64,000 nt of DNA, from assembly GCF_001194135.2 (NCBI RefSeq), contig NC_068984.1, positions 24,578,439 to 24,642,438 on the forward strand, read 5' to 3'. The notes under the pieces are model-generated. The model saw nothing but the letters and a program-made list of their open reading frames with translations, made no database searches and was not told the origin of the DNA. Every line of letters starts with the position of its first letter. Positions within the stretch are counted from its first letter, which is position 1. The DNA is from Octopus bimaculoides (Eukaryota). A program made the position numbers and the translations under genes. Shown here one piece after another: positions 36,786-50,038 of the stretch.

Positions 36786-37374
36786 TATANNNNNNNNNNN
36801 NNNNNNNNNNNNNNNNNNNNNNNNNNNNNNNNNNNNNNNNNNNNNNNNNNNNNNNNNNNNNNNNNNNNNNNNNNNNNNNNNNNNNNNNNNNNNNNNNNNN
36901 NNNNNNNNNNNNNNNNNNNNNNNNNNNNNNNNNNNNNNNNNNNNNNNNNNNNNNNNNNNNNNNNNNNNNNNNNNNNNNNNNNNNNNNNNNNNNNNNNNNN
37001 NNNNNNNNNNNNNNNNNNNNNNNNNNNNNNNNNNNNNNNNNNNNNNNNNNNNNNNNNNNNNNNNNNNNNNNNNNNNNNNNNNNNNNNNNNNNNNATATAT
37101 ATATATATATATATATATATAGGTGCAGGTGTGGCTGTGTGGTAAGAAGCATAGTTAGGAATCAGTGCTTCTTTACACGGTTGTCCTCATCACATGACCC
37201 TATCAGTGCACACTCTTGTCTCTTGTCTCTCTTGCACACCACATCTGATGCCTCTTTTGCCTAACCTTTCTCTCAAGATGCTTACATTCTGTCGAACATG
37301 CAGACTGACATTGCACATCCAGCAGAGCATATTGGCTTCATTTCTTTCATGTCCTTGGCTGTCACATATATATA

Positions 37375-37378
<4 letters not shown>

Positions 37379-37452
<74 letters not shown>
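37379..37452. repeat. (GT)n microsatellite
   Basis: Direct reading. Confidence 0.95.
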
Positions 37453-37453
<1 letters not shown>

Positions 37454-37747
37454 ATGTGCGTGTGTTTGAGTATATATCTATACAATAATCTGCTTGTCGT
37501 TTACCTGTTAAACATTAGTTAGTTAGAGAGGTGGAGGTGGAGTGAGTGAGAGGTAGAGTAAGAATGAGAGAGAAAGAGGGAGGAATGAAGAAAGAAGAGA
37601 GGAAGAAGTAGAGAAAGGTGATTAACATTAATACACACAGGCCAAACAGTCACGTGGTCAGCTGAAGTGGGGAGGGGGCAACGAGAGAAAATAGGGAGAA
37701 AGAAGTGTTAACGTGTGGTGGGGTGGGGAAGGCAGTTATATTGAAAG

Positions 37748-37801
37748 ATAGATAGATAGACAGATAGACAGATAGATAAACAGATAGATAGATAGATAGA
37801 T
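37748..37801. repeat. (GATA/GACA)n microsatellite
   Basis: Direct reading. Confidence 0.9.
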
Positions 37802-38039
37802 AACTTTCTTTATTGGTCACACAGGGCTGAACACAGAGGGGACAAATACAAATGTAGAGCTTTTCTTTTCAAAAAGGAAAAGGGGAAAAAAAAAAGTAAA
37901 ATTCCGATCAAAAGGGTCAGAAAAAAAGAAAAGGCGATCAAAAGGGATCGTGTATCACAGAAGAAATTTTTAAAATGTAAGAAGCAAGATTAGGTTTATC
38001 CGTGGAAAGAAAAGCCTACGGAAAAGACCACAGTAACTG

Positions 38040-38342
38040 GAATAAGTACCAGACGTAAAAATAAGTATGGGGTCAACTTGCTCAACCAAAACGTTGCTAA
38101 GTCACAGGGACGTAAACAAATCAACACTGGCTGTCAAATGATGGTAGTGGTGGTGGTCAAATGCAGACACCACACACACACACATTCAACAGACTTCCAT
38201 CTACCAAAGTCATTCTTAAGGCATTAATCAGCCTGCGGCTATAGTAGAAGACACTTGCCCAAGGTGTTGTGCAGTGGGATTGAACCTGAAACCACATGGT
38301 TGCAAAGCAAGCTTCTTAATCACACAACCTTACCTGTACCTA
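38040..38342 (-). mobile_element. SINE (GGCGCAGG family), diverged
   Basis: CTATAGTAGAAGACACTTGCCCAAGGTG..GAACCTGAAACCACATGG. Confidence 0.8.
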
Positions 38343-38459
38343 TACAAGGCTACTCATTTGTAGTAGGCAGGTAAAATCTGCCCCAGAACTTACTTATTTT
38401 ATTGGTCACCCAGAGGAATGAAAGCAAACGTGACAATAGCAGAATTTGGATCGGGCTAA

Positions 38460-38680
38460 AAAAAAGCAAACTGGCAAAATTGTTAATGTGTTAGGCAAAT
38501 TGCTTAGTAGTATTTCGTCCATCTTTACATTCTGAGTTCAAATTCTGCTGAGGTCGACTTTGCTTTTCATCCTTTCAGGGTTGATAAAGTGAATGCTAGT
38601 TCAACACTGGGGTTGATGTAATCAATTCACCCCCTCCCGTGATATTGCTGGTTTTTTGTCAAAGTTTGAAACCAATATTC
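38460..38680 (+). mobile_element. Nin-core SINE
   Basis: Aligns to 1998-2229. Confidence 0.75.
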
Positions 38681-39542
38681 ATTTCCTATGTATAAAACTA
38701 TGAAATAGCTTCAATAGTGTTCTTGCAGACATATGGTTATTTGTTTTTAGCATTTCTTCTGCAGTTCCATCTAATCCTGAAGCCTTTCTGTATTTTTTTT
38801 TACATTGCTCAGTGACTGTTGCTATTTCTTCAGCAGATAGACATTTCACAGAGCCAAATATACTTGAGTAAAAATTGTTTACAATTTGTGTGAAGTGCTT
38901 ATGTTTTGTAATAATTATTTCTGTTTCACCACACTTGAATTACTGTAATAGTTGTAATAGTAATACAGATATGTAAATTGGGTTTATAACATTAAAATGA
39001 AGAATTAGAAAGTGATACTGTGGCAGTGATACTTCTCTTTTATTTTTCTGTAAATTAAGTCAAATGGTTCCGAATATGAACTGAAATGGATCACATATGC
39101 TTTCACTAAGTATCTGCTGTTGCATCAGCAGTACACCATATTAGTAGTCGTAGCAACAATTAGTTCTTGTCCTAGAATGCATGAGGGAAAACTGTTGTTT
39201 TATCTACTAACTTAAGCTAGCATTGTGCAATGCATATACAGAGAATTACATTTAGACTGAAAAGAAAGATACAACGTCTGTAAATACATCTATAATAGAA
39301 GTAGATGAAGTATCATTTGAAGTACAGTGATTGTACTTCAGTCAGCTCACTCAGAGTTGTTTTGTTGGTAGAATTCTTTTGCTGCCGGATGATTCACAAA
39401 GCATTGTTTAAAACTGCTTTAATAGTCTGATTTCTCTTGAAACCTTGATGTATTGCAACAATTGTTGTCTACTATAATAGAGATGACAGTGTACGTCTGA
39501 AAAACTGCTACCGCTGTTGCTGTTGTTGTTGTTGTTGTTGTT

Positions 39543-40420
39543 AATGTGGCAAGCAAGCAGACTCATTGGCATGCCAGATAAAATACTTATCGACATTTCA
39601 TCAGTCTTTATATTCTGAGTTCAAATTCTGCTAAGGTTTCATCCTTTCAGTGTTGATAAAATGAGTAACAGTCATGTAATGGGTTGATGTAATCGACTAG
39701 CTTCCTCCCCCAAAATTCCAGGCCTTGTGCTCATAAAAGAAATTATTATTATTATTATGGTGGTGAGCTGGCAGATTTATTAATGCATTGAATAAAATGC
39801 TTAGCATCTTTATGTTCTGAGTTCAAGTTCTGCCAAGGTCACCTTTGCCTTTCATCTTTTCAGGGTTGATAAATTAAGTACCAGTCAAGTACTGGGATCA
39901 GTGCAATTAACTGTCTTCTTCCTCACAAAATTCCAGGCCTTTATTATTATTATTTTTATTATTATTGTTAGATGGTGAGCTGGCAGAATTGTTAGCACCA
40001 TGGGCAAAACGCTTAGTGGCATTTTGTCTGTCTTTACATTCTGAGTTCAAATTCCACCAAGGTTGACTTTGCCTTTCATCCTTTCAGGGTTGGTAAAATA
40101 AGTACCATTTGAGTCCTGGGGTCGCTGTTATTGACTTAACCCTACCCCCTAAGTTGCTGGCCTTGTGCCAAAATTTGAAATCATCATTATTATTATTAGT
40201 GTTGATTCAGCAGAATTGTTATCCTGTCAGACAAAATGCATAGCAGCATTTCTTCTGGGTCTTTACATTCTGAATTCAAATTCTTCTGAGGTTAACTTTG
40301 CTTTTCTTCCTTTTAAGGTCAATATAATGATAAAAAACAGTTGAACACTGGGGTGGATGTAATCAACTAACCCCCTACTCTTACTCCTAAAATAGCTGGC
40401 CTTGTGCAAAAATTTGAAAC

Positions 40421-40471
<51 letters not shown>

Positions 40472-40905
40472 GGTGGTGAGCTGGCAGAATTGTTAGTATG
40501 TTGGACGAAATGCTTAGCTGTATTTACCCATTGCTACATTCTGAGTTCAAATTCCACCAAGGTCAACTTTGCCTTTCATCCTTTTGGAGTCGATAAAATA
40601 AGTACCAGTTGAACACTGGAGTCGATATAATCGACTTGTCCCCTCCTCCAAAATGGCTGCCACTGTGGCAAAATTTGAAACCATTATCGTTGTTGTTGTT
40701 AAGGCAGTGTATACTGGAAGAATAGCTAGCACATTGGGCAAAATGCTTAGTGACATTTCGTCTGTCTTTATGTTCCAAGTTCAAATTCTACTGAGGTCGA
40801 CTTTCCATTTATCCTTTTGTAAGTACCAGTTGATTACTGGGGTCAATATAATCGACTTACTCCCTCCCCCAGAATTGCTGGCCATGTACCAAAATTTGAA
40901 ACCAA
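39543..40905 (+). mobile_element. Six head-to-tail Nin-core SINE copies separated by (ATT)n/(GTT)n
   Basis: Copies start near 39543, 39756, 39968, 40199, 40470 and 40699; each has CTGAGTTCAAATT..TTTCATCCTTT..AAGTACCA..GGCC.TG. Confidence 0.88.
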
Positions 40906-42712
40906 TGTTGTTAGGTCTAGAGTATATCAGTTGTGTGCCACTTAAAAAATAAATTAATATTGTTATTATCCTGGTAGTATGTTTTCCGTTTCTTTAAAAA
41001 GTTTACTTCACATTTTCTGTGCATTTAAGAAAGAAAAAATCATCAAAACTTCCCTCTTCCTCAACCTAAAAATTGAAACTTATTAGTTTTTTTCAAATGA
41101 CCAGAAATTGTCCCTCACATTAATATTGCTTCAAATCAGTATATTTTCAAGCTTAAACCAATGCAGTTAAATCAAATCTTGTTTGCTAATTTATCTCCTG
41201 CTGGTCAGTGTTTCAAATTATAAAACAAAAAATTATCTCCAGTTGAATTGATATCATCATCATCCTTATCATTTAATGTCCAGTTTCCATTCTAGCATGG
41301 GTTAGACGGTTTGACCGCAGCTGGTAAGCTGCACTAGTCTCTAATTGTCTGTTTTGGCAAAGTTTCTACAGTTGGTTGCCCTTATTAACACCAACCACAT
41401 TACAGTGTATACTGGTTGCTTTTTACATGGCACAAGTACTTTATACATGGAACCAGCACGAGTGCTTTTTATGTGGTATCAACACAGGTGCTTTATGTGT
41501 GGCACCCGTTTGGATGCTGTCTATATTTTGTGAAAATTAAGCATATATTGTTTCTTGGAATATTTAAAGTGAATTGACCTTCAGTATAGTGATACTTAGA
41601 TAATAATGTTTTGCATGAGTTGGGTAGGGGCTTTGTGATAGAAGGTGAAGTGGTGTTGGAAAGTTTGAATTGTTTTGCCTACTGCTGGCTAAACAATCAG
41701 ACTTTGTTATCAGTACATATCCTTGAGTTGGCTCTTGAAAGTTTTTTAGTTTCATTTTTTCAACTCGTGTTTCATATCTTGATTTGCTAAGTAGTTTTTG
41801 TAGCCTTTCTGTCAATTTTTTCATTTAATTTTGTTTTGGATGCTCCAACATTTTATAATTGATATTAAAAGCTGAACTGTGTATTAATTGCCTTAATGTT
41901 CACGTATGCAAATAGCGTATATTCCTGATAACACACACACACACATATATATAAATATATATAAAAGATAGAGGTGGAAGCAGCGCAGAAGTAAATTTAA
42001 GACATTCTAATTTAGAAAGAAATTAATAAAATGATTCAAAAATTTTGTTTATATTTATAGGAAAGATAAAATATTACTGGCTTATGCGATGAAATTTATC
42101 TTATTGAATATTTAAAAAAATTTGGAATTTGAAGTCAAAGCAGGTTGTATTTATCTTCTGTTTGGTGGTTAGAACATATCTGGAGTTTTTCCATAAAGTC
42201 TTTAAATATAGATTGTTTGCAAATAATTTGGTATAGTGTTCAAGGTGTTAGAGGGAAAGAGAAGGGGTGTAGTTGTCCATTGTCTAAAAAATCTGTGGGT
42301 TCCTGCCAAGGGAGTGAGTGGCTTAAAAATATTTATTGAATGGGTTTTATGTCCAGCTGTGTGTGTGTGTATAAGAATAGCAAGACATAAATGGAAAACT
42401 CACAACTCTATCAGAAAAACTCGAGAAGATACTCAACCCCACATTCGATACCAAGAATGAAGACAACAGAAGAACTGCCAGCAATGAGCTCTCTTCCAAC
42501 TTACAACAACTGTGTAACACCACAGAATAATTAATCAACAATAAACCAGAACAAGATACACCACATCTTACCAGAAGCATAATCAGATACATTTGGAAAA
42601 AAAGAACGAGAAAGTTTACATTTTGGAACATGGTGAAAAGCTTAAACAAAGCTGGAATCTATGAGAAATAGCTAAAATCCACACACACACAAGAAATAAA
42701 AGCTTGTATAAG

Positions 42713-42930
42713 GTGGTGAGCTAGCAGAACTCCTAGCATGCCAAGCAAAATGCTTGTTGACGTTTCTTTTGTCTTTACATTCTGAGTTCAAATTCTGCTG
42801 AGGTTGGCTTTGCCTGTTATCCTTCTGGAGTTGATAACATAAGTAACACTTGAGCACTGAGGTCAAGGTAATCAACTCGCCCTTTCCTCCTCTGAAATTG
42901 TAGTCTTGTGTTGAAATCTGAAAGCAATAA
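42713..42930 (+). mobile_element. Nin-core SINE
   Basis: AAGGTGGTGAGCTAGCAGAA head; same body as above. Other diverged copies near 3220, 50390, 59880 and 61520. Confidence 0.8.
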
Positions 42931-45371
42931 AGAGGTGTATAAGACCTATACATCTGTTTGGAAAGATTAAATTTTCAAGCAGTTCCTACTCGATATTGAC
43001 AGAAGAATGGTCTGATTTATTAATTCAAGTAGGAGGATCAATTTAGTAGTGGTATCTGAACAAAAGGAAACTATTTATTTCAGGTTATCTGAACTATAAA
43101 GGATGGAAATCAAAATGAATTGATATGTAATGTGATTCTTGTTTATCCTGTTTATTTGTAAGAGCTATATCCTGAAAATGTTTGTCAGCAATTATATACA
43201 TATTCTTTTATCTAACAAGGGCTTGTATTATAATAATAATGCAAATAATTACATCTCATAACTTTAAGTGTGTTCTAAACAGTTAAATGTTTATCAACAA
43301 GAAAAGCTATCTAGTTGCACCAAGAATTTTTGTAGCAGTATCTATTCCAGTTTGTAAAATCCATTCTCTCAAAAAGTACAGATGATTGGATGTAAAATTT
43401 TGTTTGTCATCATCACCATCATCATCATTATAATTATCATCACTGTAATTATCATCATCATTTAATGTCTATGTTCATGCTGGTATGGGTTGGATAGTTT
43501 GACAGGATATATTGAATCTGAGGATTGTATTGAGTTCCAGTGCTTGTTTTGGAATGATTTCTTCAGCTGGATGCCCTTCCTAATACCAACCACTTAACAA
43601 CATCTACTGGGTGCTTTTTTTTTGTGCCACTGGCCTTAGTGAGGTTGCTATGCAGTTCACAAGACTATGAACCCTGATGGGGATGGGCCAGTTTATACAA
43701 GAAGATGAGGCATTAAAGCATAAGGTAGGGGTAAGGTTGGGGTGGAAGAGCAGGCACTTGTAGAGGAGCTACATAGCTACTCACATATAGAAGAGAGGGA
43801 ATAATTAGTAGGAGCTGCAAAGTGATAAATAGTGATAACGAAGTGTCCCCTCAAAGTACAAGGTGAATAGAAATGAAGGGGACAGAGGAACATTTTATTT
43901 TATTCATTGATACTTGCTTGTAAGGTTGCATTTGGAAACTATCTGGTCCATGTTACACTGTGGGATTGAACTTGACACTTCATAATCTTATGTACCAATA
44001 CAGTGTGGTTTGTGAATAAATAAATACATAGAGTGCTAAAGAAAAGAAAATATTAAAAAAATGCCTTTCAGTTTTATATATTGTCTCATTTACATTTGAG
44101 CATTTCTTTTTGCAGTCCTATAATCCCTTTTGTTTCTATAAAAAGAGACAAATATAATTTCTTGTAGTATATTTATATCACTAGATTACTCTCCAGTATG
44201 TCTTGAAACTGCTTGTTATGACAAAAATTTCTACTTTTCTTTCAATATCTTTTATTTTGCAAAAAGGTCAAACAGTTTCTTCTCCACCAGAGAAATACTG
44301 AGTCTCTTGGCCAACATTAAATCACTCTCATAACTCTTCTTCGATTACCAAACTTTCCAAGTTCTTTCAACAAATGTATTTTCTCTTTTTTTCTCCTTCT
44401 CATATATTTTCCCTTACCTTTGATCCAAGCATTAGCTTCAGTTTTCTTTCTGCTTTTGTCTGTTATTACATTTTTTTCATATCTGTTATGGACATGTCTT
44501 CTATTATGTGTAAAAACTATTTTTGCAAACAATGCACAACAGTTTTCCTGAAGGTCATAATGTAAAGAAGATCTTATTTTCCCACAGTTTATTGAATTTA
44601 TGCTTACTATCATTCTCTGTTTATTTTTTTCATTTATTGTCTTTTGCATTGCAGTGGGCAATGTAAAAACAAATATTATGTTTGAGAAAACCTGCAAATG
44701 TTCACAAAAGTTAAAAAAAACATAACTCTATAGCATAAAAATTTCAGCAAAAAGTTGTGATTGACAGATGCTTTTTGCTGCCTGAAGATCAGATACAAAG
44801 TGTGTATTGAACAATTTGGAATGGAGGTGTAATCTGCTATTTTCAATCATCCAAAGCCTCATGGGTTGGCCAACTCTCACAGAAAATCCCTTGTTAGATG
44901 AAATATTACTGATTTTTATTATCATCATCTTTTTTCTTGTATCTTTCACTTGTTTCAGTCATTAAGCTACAGCCATTCTGGGGCATTGCCTTGACAAATC
45001 AAGCCCAGTACTTTTTTCTTTATTCTATGTCTCTTTTGCCAAGCTGCCAAATTACAGGGACATAAACAGACCAACACTAGTTATGAAGCAGTAGTGAGGG
45101 ATAAACTTCTCTCTTTCACACACATACGTATGCACACACGCATGCACATACACACACACACGTTTTTAATGATATCAGTAGTCTCTGAAGGTACGCAGCT
45201 GCAAGAGTTTTGTCACTGTTTTGTGTAAATAAAATGGAAACCTTAATAAATTAATTAACTCAAAAACTTCATTTAGTGTATACCAACAAAAGCTTGCACT
45301 GATGAAAATTAAATTCAGAAATGCATCAATTGTTACTGGGAGATTTTTAATTAGTAATAGATACAAACATA

Positions 45372-45583
45372 CAAGGGGTGCTGGAAAGTTCCTGACTTTG
45401 GGTAAAAGAAAATCCAGGAGGATCAGTTAATTATGATTATATTCAACATATTCCCTACTCAGATACACAAATTACAGTAACACTTCAGTTTTTCTAAGCT
45501 CTGTAAAAGAACTCAGAAGGTTGGGCCTCCAACCAGGCCTTTTGCGATACCCTTAAAGCCAGGAACTTTTCAGTGCTTCCTCG
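45372..45583. mobile_element. Mariner-type MITE (212 bp)
   Basis: TA|CAAGGGGTGCTGGAAAGTTCCTGACTTT ... AAAGCCAGGAACTTTTCAGTGCTTCCTCG|TA. Confidence 0.8.
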
Positions 45584-45776
45584 TACATACTTGCAGCTGA
45601 CAGAAAAATGGATCACATGCTGCTTGTGAAAGCGAAAAAGACTATGTACACCACACAAAATCTCAATATGCTATTTAATTTTTTTAATCAACTTGCTAAT
45701 TATGTTGTATTGGAAGCATTAAATTTAACTTTTGTTTTGTTCCATTGCTAAGAACCTTTTTTTAATTTCTTTCTAG

Positions 45777-45900
45777 ACCTGTCTGGCAGTGACAGCATCT
45801 AAGAAAAGTCAAAATTTAATTTCACATGTTGAAGATTTGAAAGACTTTAAAAAGTTATTGAGGACAAAAACTAATTTACTTGTGATATTAACTAAAACAG
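45777..45900 (+). CDS. PDIA5: PDIA5 exon 2
   Basis: ttctag| TCLAVTASKKSQNLISHVEDLKDFKKLLRTKTNLLVILTKT G|gtatag. Resembles PDIA5 'IERISDPKDLKKLLRTRNNVLVLYSKS' (recalled). Confidence 0.93.
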
Positions 45901-47193
45901 GTATAGTAAATACTTTGCTTTCATTTTTTTTAAATAAAAAAGCTGGATGTTTAGTATATTTTTTGAATTGGTTAGTAATCTCTAATGTAACTTTAACACA
46001 AATTTTTCAAGAATTTTGGTTCCAAATAAAGTTTCTACCACTTGAGGTTATGGTATTGCTATATTTTGTTTGTCTAGAATAATAATATTTAGCTGTAGAT
46101 CAGCTCTACTTGAACAGAATTAAAACAGGTTAAAGCTGGATTATTGACCACATTGTTAAGTTCAAAATCCTACTTCGGTCATTGTGTTCTGTCTCTTACA
46201 AGGCACATAACTCATTACTTCAGTTTGCCTGATAGTCCTCCCCACTAAAAAAAAAAAATAAGCAAACAAATGAGCTTCTGTTTCACAGTTTAAGTAATCA
46301 GTGTATTCGACCATAAAAAGTATTGCTCCAACACAAATTCATTCCACCCATCTCAGTATGGAAAAATACATGTAAAACAATAAATAAAATATGCAAATAT
46401 ATCTGTTCATAAACTTTTACATATCATTTGTCCTAAATTCCTCATGCAAGGTTTTATTTCAATCTTTAAATGTTCTATCATCTACATAATTCATTACAAA
46501 TATTTCCTTAAACTGATACCTTGAGCTCTGTGTTTGCTTTGTTGAATGAAGATTCAGCAAGACATAGTCTGTGGAAAATTATGATCACCCTATGGCTACC
46601 TGTATGCAGGGTCAAAGCTGAAAACTTCCAATGGCATCCTCTACCTGTCCCCATCACCCTTTTCTGTATCACCACTGGACTTATGATGAGGATGCGGTGG
46701 TGTTGGTACTGGTGTGTTGGTTTGCTGAACAACCTGTTTGAGGAGTATTGTTATAGTGGGCATGATTTGTAGGTAGCCAATCCCAACTCTCTTGCCCTTC
46801 AAGCTTGTATTGGTCTGGTGCAACAAATACCATGGGATTGGTACAATAAGTGCCATGGGATTGGTACTTACCAGGATACAGGGTTTGTATGGAGTTACCT
46901 TCTCTTGGATGAGCCTCATCTGTTCTGGGTCTATTAGGATATCTTTAAGTGACCTTCTTCCAAAGGCATTTTTGTGACATGCTAATTAACCCATAAGTGG
47001 GACCCTGACAAAGGCTACTACGCTGGGTCAGAGTAGATCTGGGAACAATAGTGACTAAGAAGTAATTTCACACTCCTGAATCTCCTGAACAAGGGCTCCA
47101 CAACAGAGTGCAGTTTAAAGCTATATCCATGACAAAAGTTGCTGCTAAAGCTTGATTTATTGGTTTTCTTTCTTTTGAAAAGGAAATGAGATA

Positions 47194-48434
47194 TTGGGTC
47201 ATCTCATAAATAATGCGTTTTTTTTTATTCCTCCTTTATTTTTCAAAATTAAGAGAAACAAAGTTCTTTTTCAATCTAAAATATACTTTCCTTCATTTCC
47301 TACAATGCTCTTCCATCTATCTGGTAGACTTGCAGTGTCCCTCTTACAAAATTCACTTATCCGTGATGAAAAATACTCTTCCAGTACTGTTCTGAACTCG
47401 TTTACAGAGTTCATATTTTTTCCGTCCAAATGATTTTGAAGACTGCGGAATAAATGATAATCAGATGGGGCAATGTTCAGTAAATATGGTGGGTGGGGCA
47501 TCGTTTCCCATTCAAACTGCTCCAGCCTTTGGAATGTCATCCTCACTGTATGTGACCAAGCATTATCCTGATGGAAGAACACCCTTCATCTTGAAACCAA
47601 AGCTGCTCACACTAGATCTCCTTTGTTATTGTTAGGTTTGCGTTTAGAAGTTCGAAGTGGACTAAACTTTTCATATCCCACCAAACAGATAACAGCACCT
47701 TATGTGGGTGAAGACCTTCTTTAGCTGGGGGTGCCGATGTTTCTCTTCTCCCTGCTCACTGTCTTCGATGCTTGGCATTTTTATAGAGAACCCATTTCTC
47801 AACACCAGTCACTATTCGGTCCAAAAAAGGTTCATTCATGAGATGTGACAGCGAAGTAGAGCATACATTCACTCTCTGCACATGATTAGACTCGGAAAGT
47901 TTGTGAGGAACCCATTGACCAATTTTCTGACTTTTCCAATGGCATGCACGTGTTGATGAATGGTTGAATGACCAAATCCAAGCTTCTCTGCTAGTTCCTC
48001 AACAGTTATGATCGGTTTTTGTTCCAACAGAATTTGCAGGACATTTGTGTCATGCTCTACAGATCTTCCAGGACAAGGCTCATTTTCTAGGCTGTAATTT
48101 CTGGCTTGGAATTTCTGGAACCACCGTTGACACTGGCTTACGATTATTGTCCAATCCGCATAAACTGCATTAATATTCCTCGCACTTTCCATTGCATTGT
48201 TGCCTTTATTGAACCCATAAAGCCAAATATGCACCTTTGCCACTTCCATTGTATTTTTGGAAAAATAACTGTTAAAATCAAACTGCACTCTTCAAAACTT
48301 GCACTAAAAATAAGTACAAGGTAAAATGACTACCTGCTTTTATAGCAAGTTGATGCAGGTAGTTTATCCTGTCTCCCTCCGACTTTTAGTTTATGCAATT
48401 GAAAAAAAACCACATTATTTATGAGATGATCCAA
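47194..48434 (-). mobile_element. Full-length defective mariner transposon (1241 bp) in PDIA5 intron 2
   Basis: TIRs TTGGGTCATCTCATAAATAATG / CATTATTTATGAGATGATCCAA with TA/CA flanks. Transposase pieces: ..SQCQRWFQKF..GRS..TVEELAEKLG.. and FHQDNAWSH..HPPYLLNIAPSDYHLFRSLQNHL (DD34D type); frame disrupted. Confidence 0.93.
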
Positions 48435-48646
48435 CACTTAGGCAATCTCCCCTTTCTTGAAATATAGCCAGTGAAAGGTTTAATGTCAAAAAGCTATACT
48501 AAATATTGGAAATGGAACTCAGTTGACAATAAGAGCTAGAGTGAATATCAATTCTTTTCACCTTTTTGTCTCTTCTGTTCCAGTTCATTTTAAAATTCTA
48601 ATTTGTTTTCCAATATCTCATATGTTGCATTTAATTTGTTTTTCAG

Positions 48647-48734
48647 AAAAATCTTTGTCTTCCATTTTACCTGTGATACAGACAACTGCTGAAGAAATGA
48701 AAGGCAAAGCCACATTAATTACCATTGACTGCAG
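48647..48734 (+). CDS. PDIA5: PDIA5 exon 3
   Basis: tttcag|..(E)KSLSSILPVIQTTAEEMKGKATLITIDC(S)|gtaaat; 88 nt, phase 1 to 2. Confidence 0.92.
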
Positions 48735-49972
48735 GTAAATATTCGTTAAGAATGGTTTGGTAATCTATTTATAGTTAACACTTAGTAGTTTTGTAGGTGT
48801 TCTTTCTTTTGCAAAATTATACCAGTATCCATAGTAACTACAATCCTTACATATGAAGTTAAGATTGTTGGTTTGTCTATGCATGTTTAATATCACAACA
48901 ACTTTCTTTATAAGATGGTGGTATGGAGAGCAGATAGCAAATTTAATTTGTCTAAAAATTAGTTGTTGTTTAACTCCAGGTCATCTCTGATTGAATGAGA
49001 TAAAAAGCATATAGATAATCCACTGAAGTAAGGTTGACTTGTTTGTGATCCAGTCTTTTTTTCTGTATAATATACGTACAATTGCAATATTCTTCCATTT
49101 TGTTAGGCTTAAGATCAGTCCTAACTAAATGGAGCTGTGATAAAAGGCATTACAGTCATGATCATCCTGTTTTAAAAGGACAGAGTATAATTTGAGGGCG
49201 GTTCAGTTGCTATTTCTAGCACGTCAAGTGCCCACTTACAAATTGCCTTGTTGACATGTGAATCCTTAATTTTTTTTTTGAAAATGACAAGGTATGATTT
49301 GAAGATTTAGCTGTTAATTTTAACTGATCAATTGATGATGTTACAAATTGAAGGGAAACAATTTTCTTAATTTTCTATTGTTCTGAAAAATCCTACAGAG
49401 AACAACAACAACAAGAAAAGAAACAAACAGCAAAAAACATGAATGCTTATACACTTATATTCTTATAACAAATTCGATCCTTTGGCTAAGAAGATATACT
49501 ACTGTCATTAATGTTTACTGAAAATATGTTAATTTTCTTTTTAGTAACAAATCAATAACTTTGTTATTATTGAGTCACTATTTTTCAAGCTTTGTACTAA
49601 ATGAACCAATCTTACTCATTTAGCTCTGTCTCTGTAATTCAAGATGATCTCTTTGGCTATAGCCAGACCACTCCTCTTTCAATGCCGTGATTAAAAAAAA
49701 TAAAGAAGTGTTTAGCTAATCTTTTATATCTTTCAATGCACAGAAGAATCAGGATTAGATGATTTTAGTAATTTTTGGCTTAATATGATTTTATGCTGTC
49801 CATACAAAGCAAAATTCTTTTTCTGTTTTATCAAACCTAACAATTATCAGTTCATTCTGTCTTTAAGAAGATCTGATATTTTGATTTAGCATGACATAAA
49901 CATTGAACTAGCTACATTTTTACTATCTTTTAAATATAAATATATGTCTCTATTTCTGTGTTATAATTTTAG

Positions 49973-50038
49973 TGTCGCAAAGAAACTTTGCAGAAAACTG
50001 AAAATGTCATCAAACAGCTTTGATATTAAACATTATCA
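49973..50038 (+). CDS. PDIA5: PDIA5 exon 4
   Basis: ttttag|(S)VAKKLCRKLKMSSNSFDIKHY(H)|gtaagt; 66 nt; matches the 'KLCKKMKV...FHY' motif. Confidence 0.92.

Noticed and set aside
39543-40905. CRISPR-like or satellite array
   Set aside because: Eukaryotic context; the units are ~210-bp diverged SINEs with no repeat-spacer structure.
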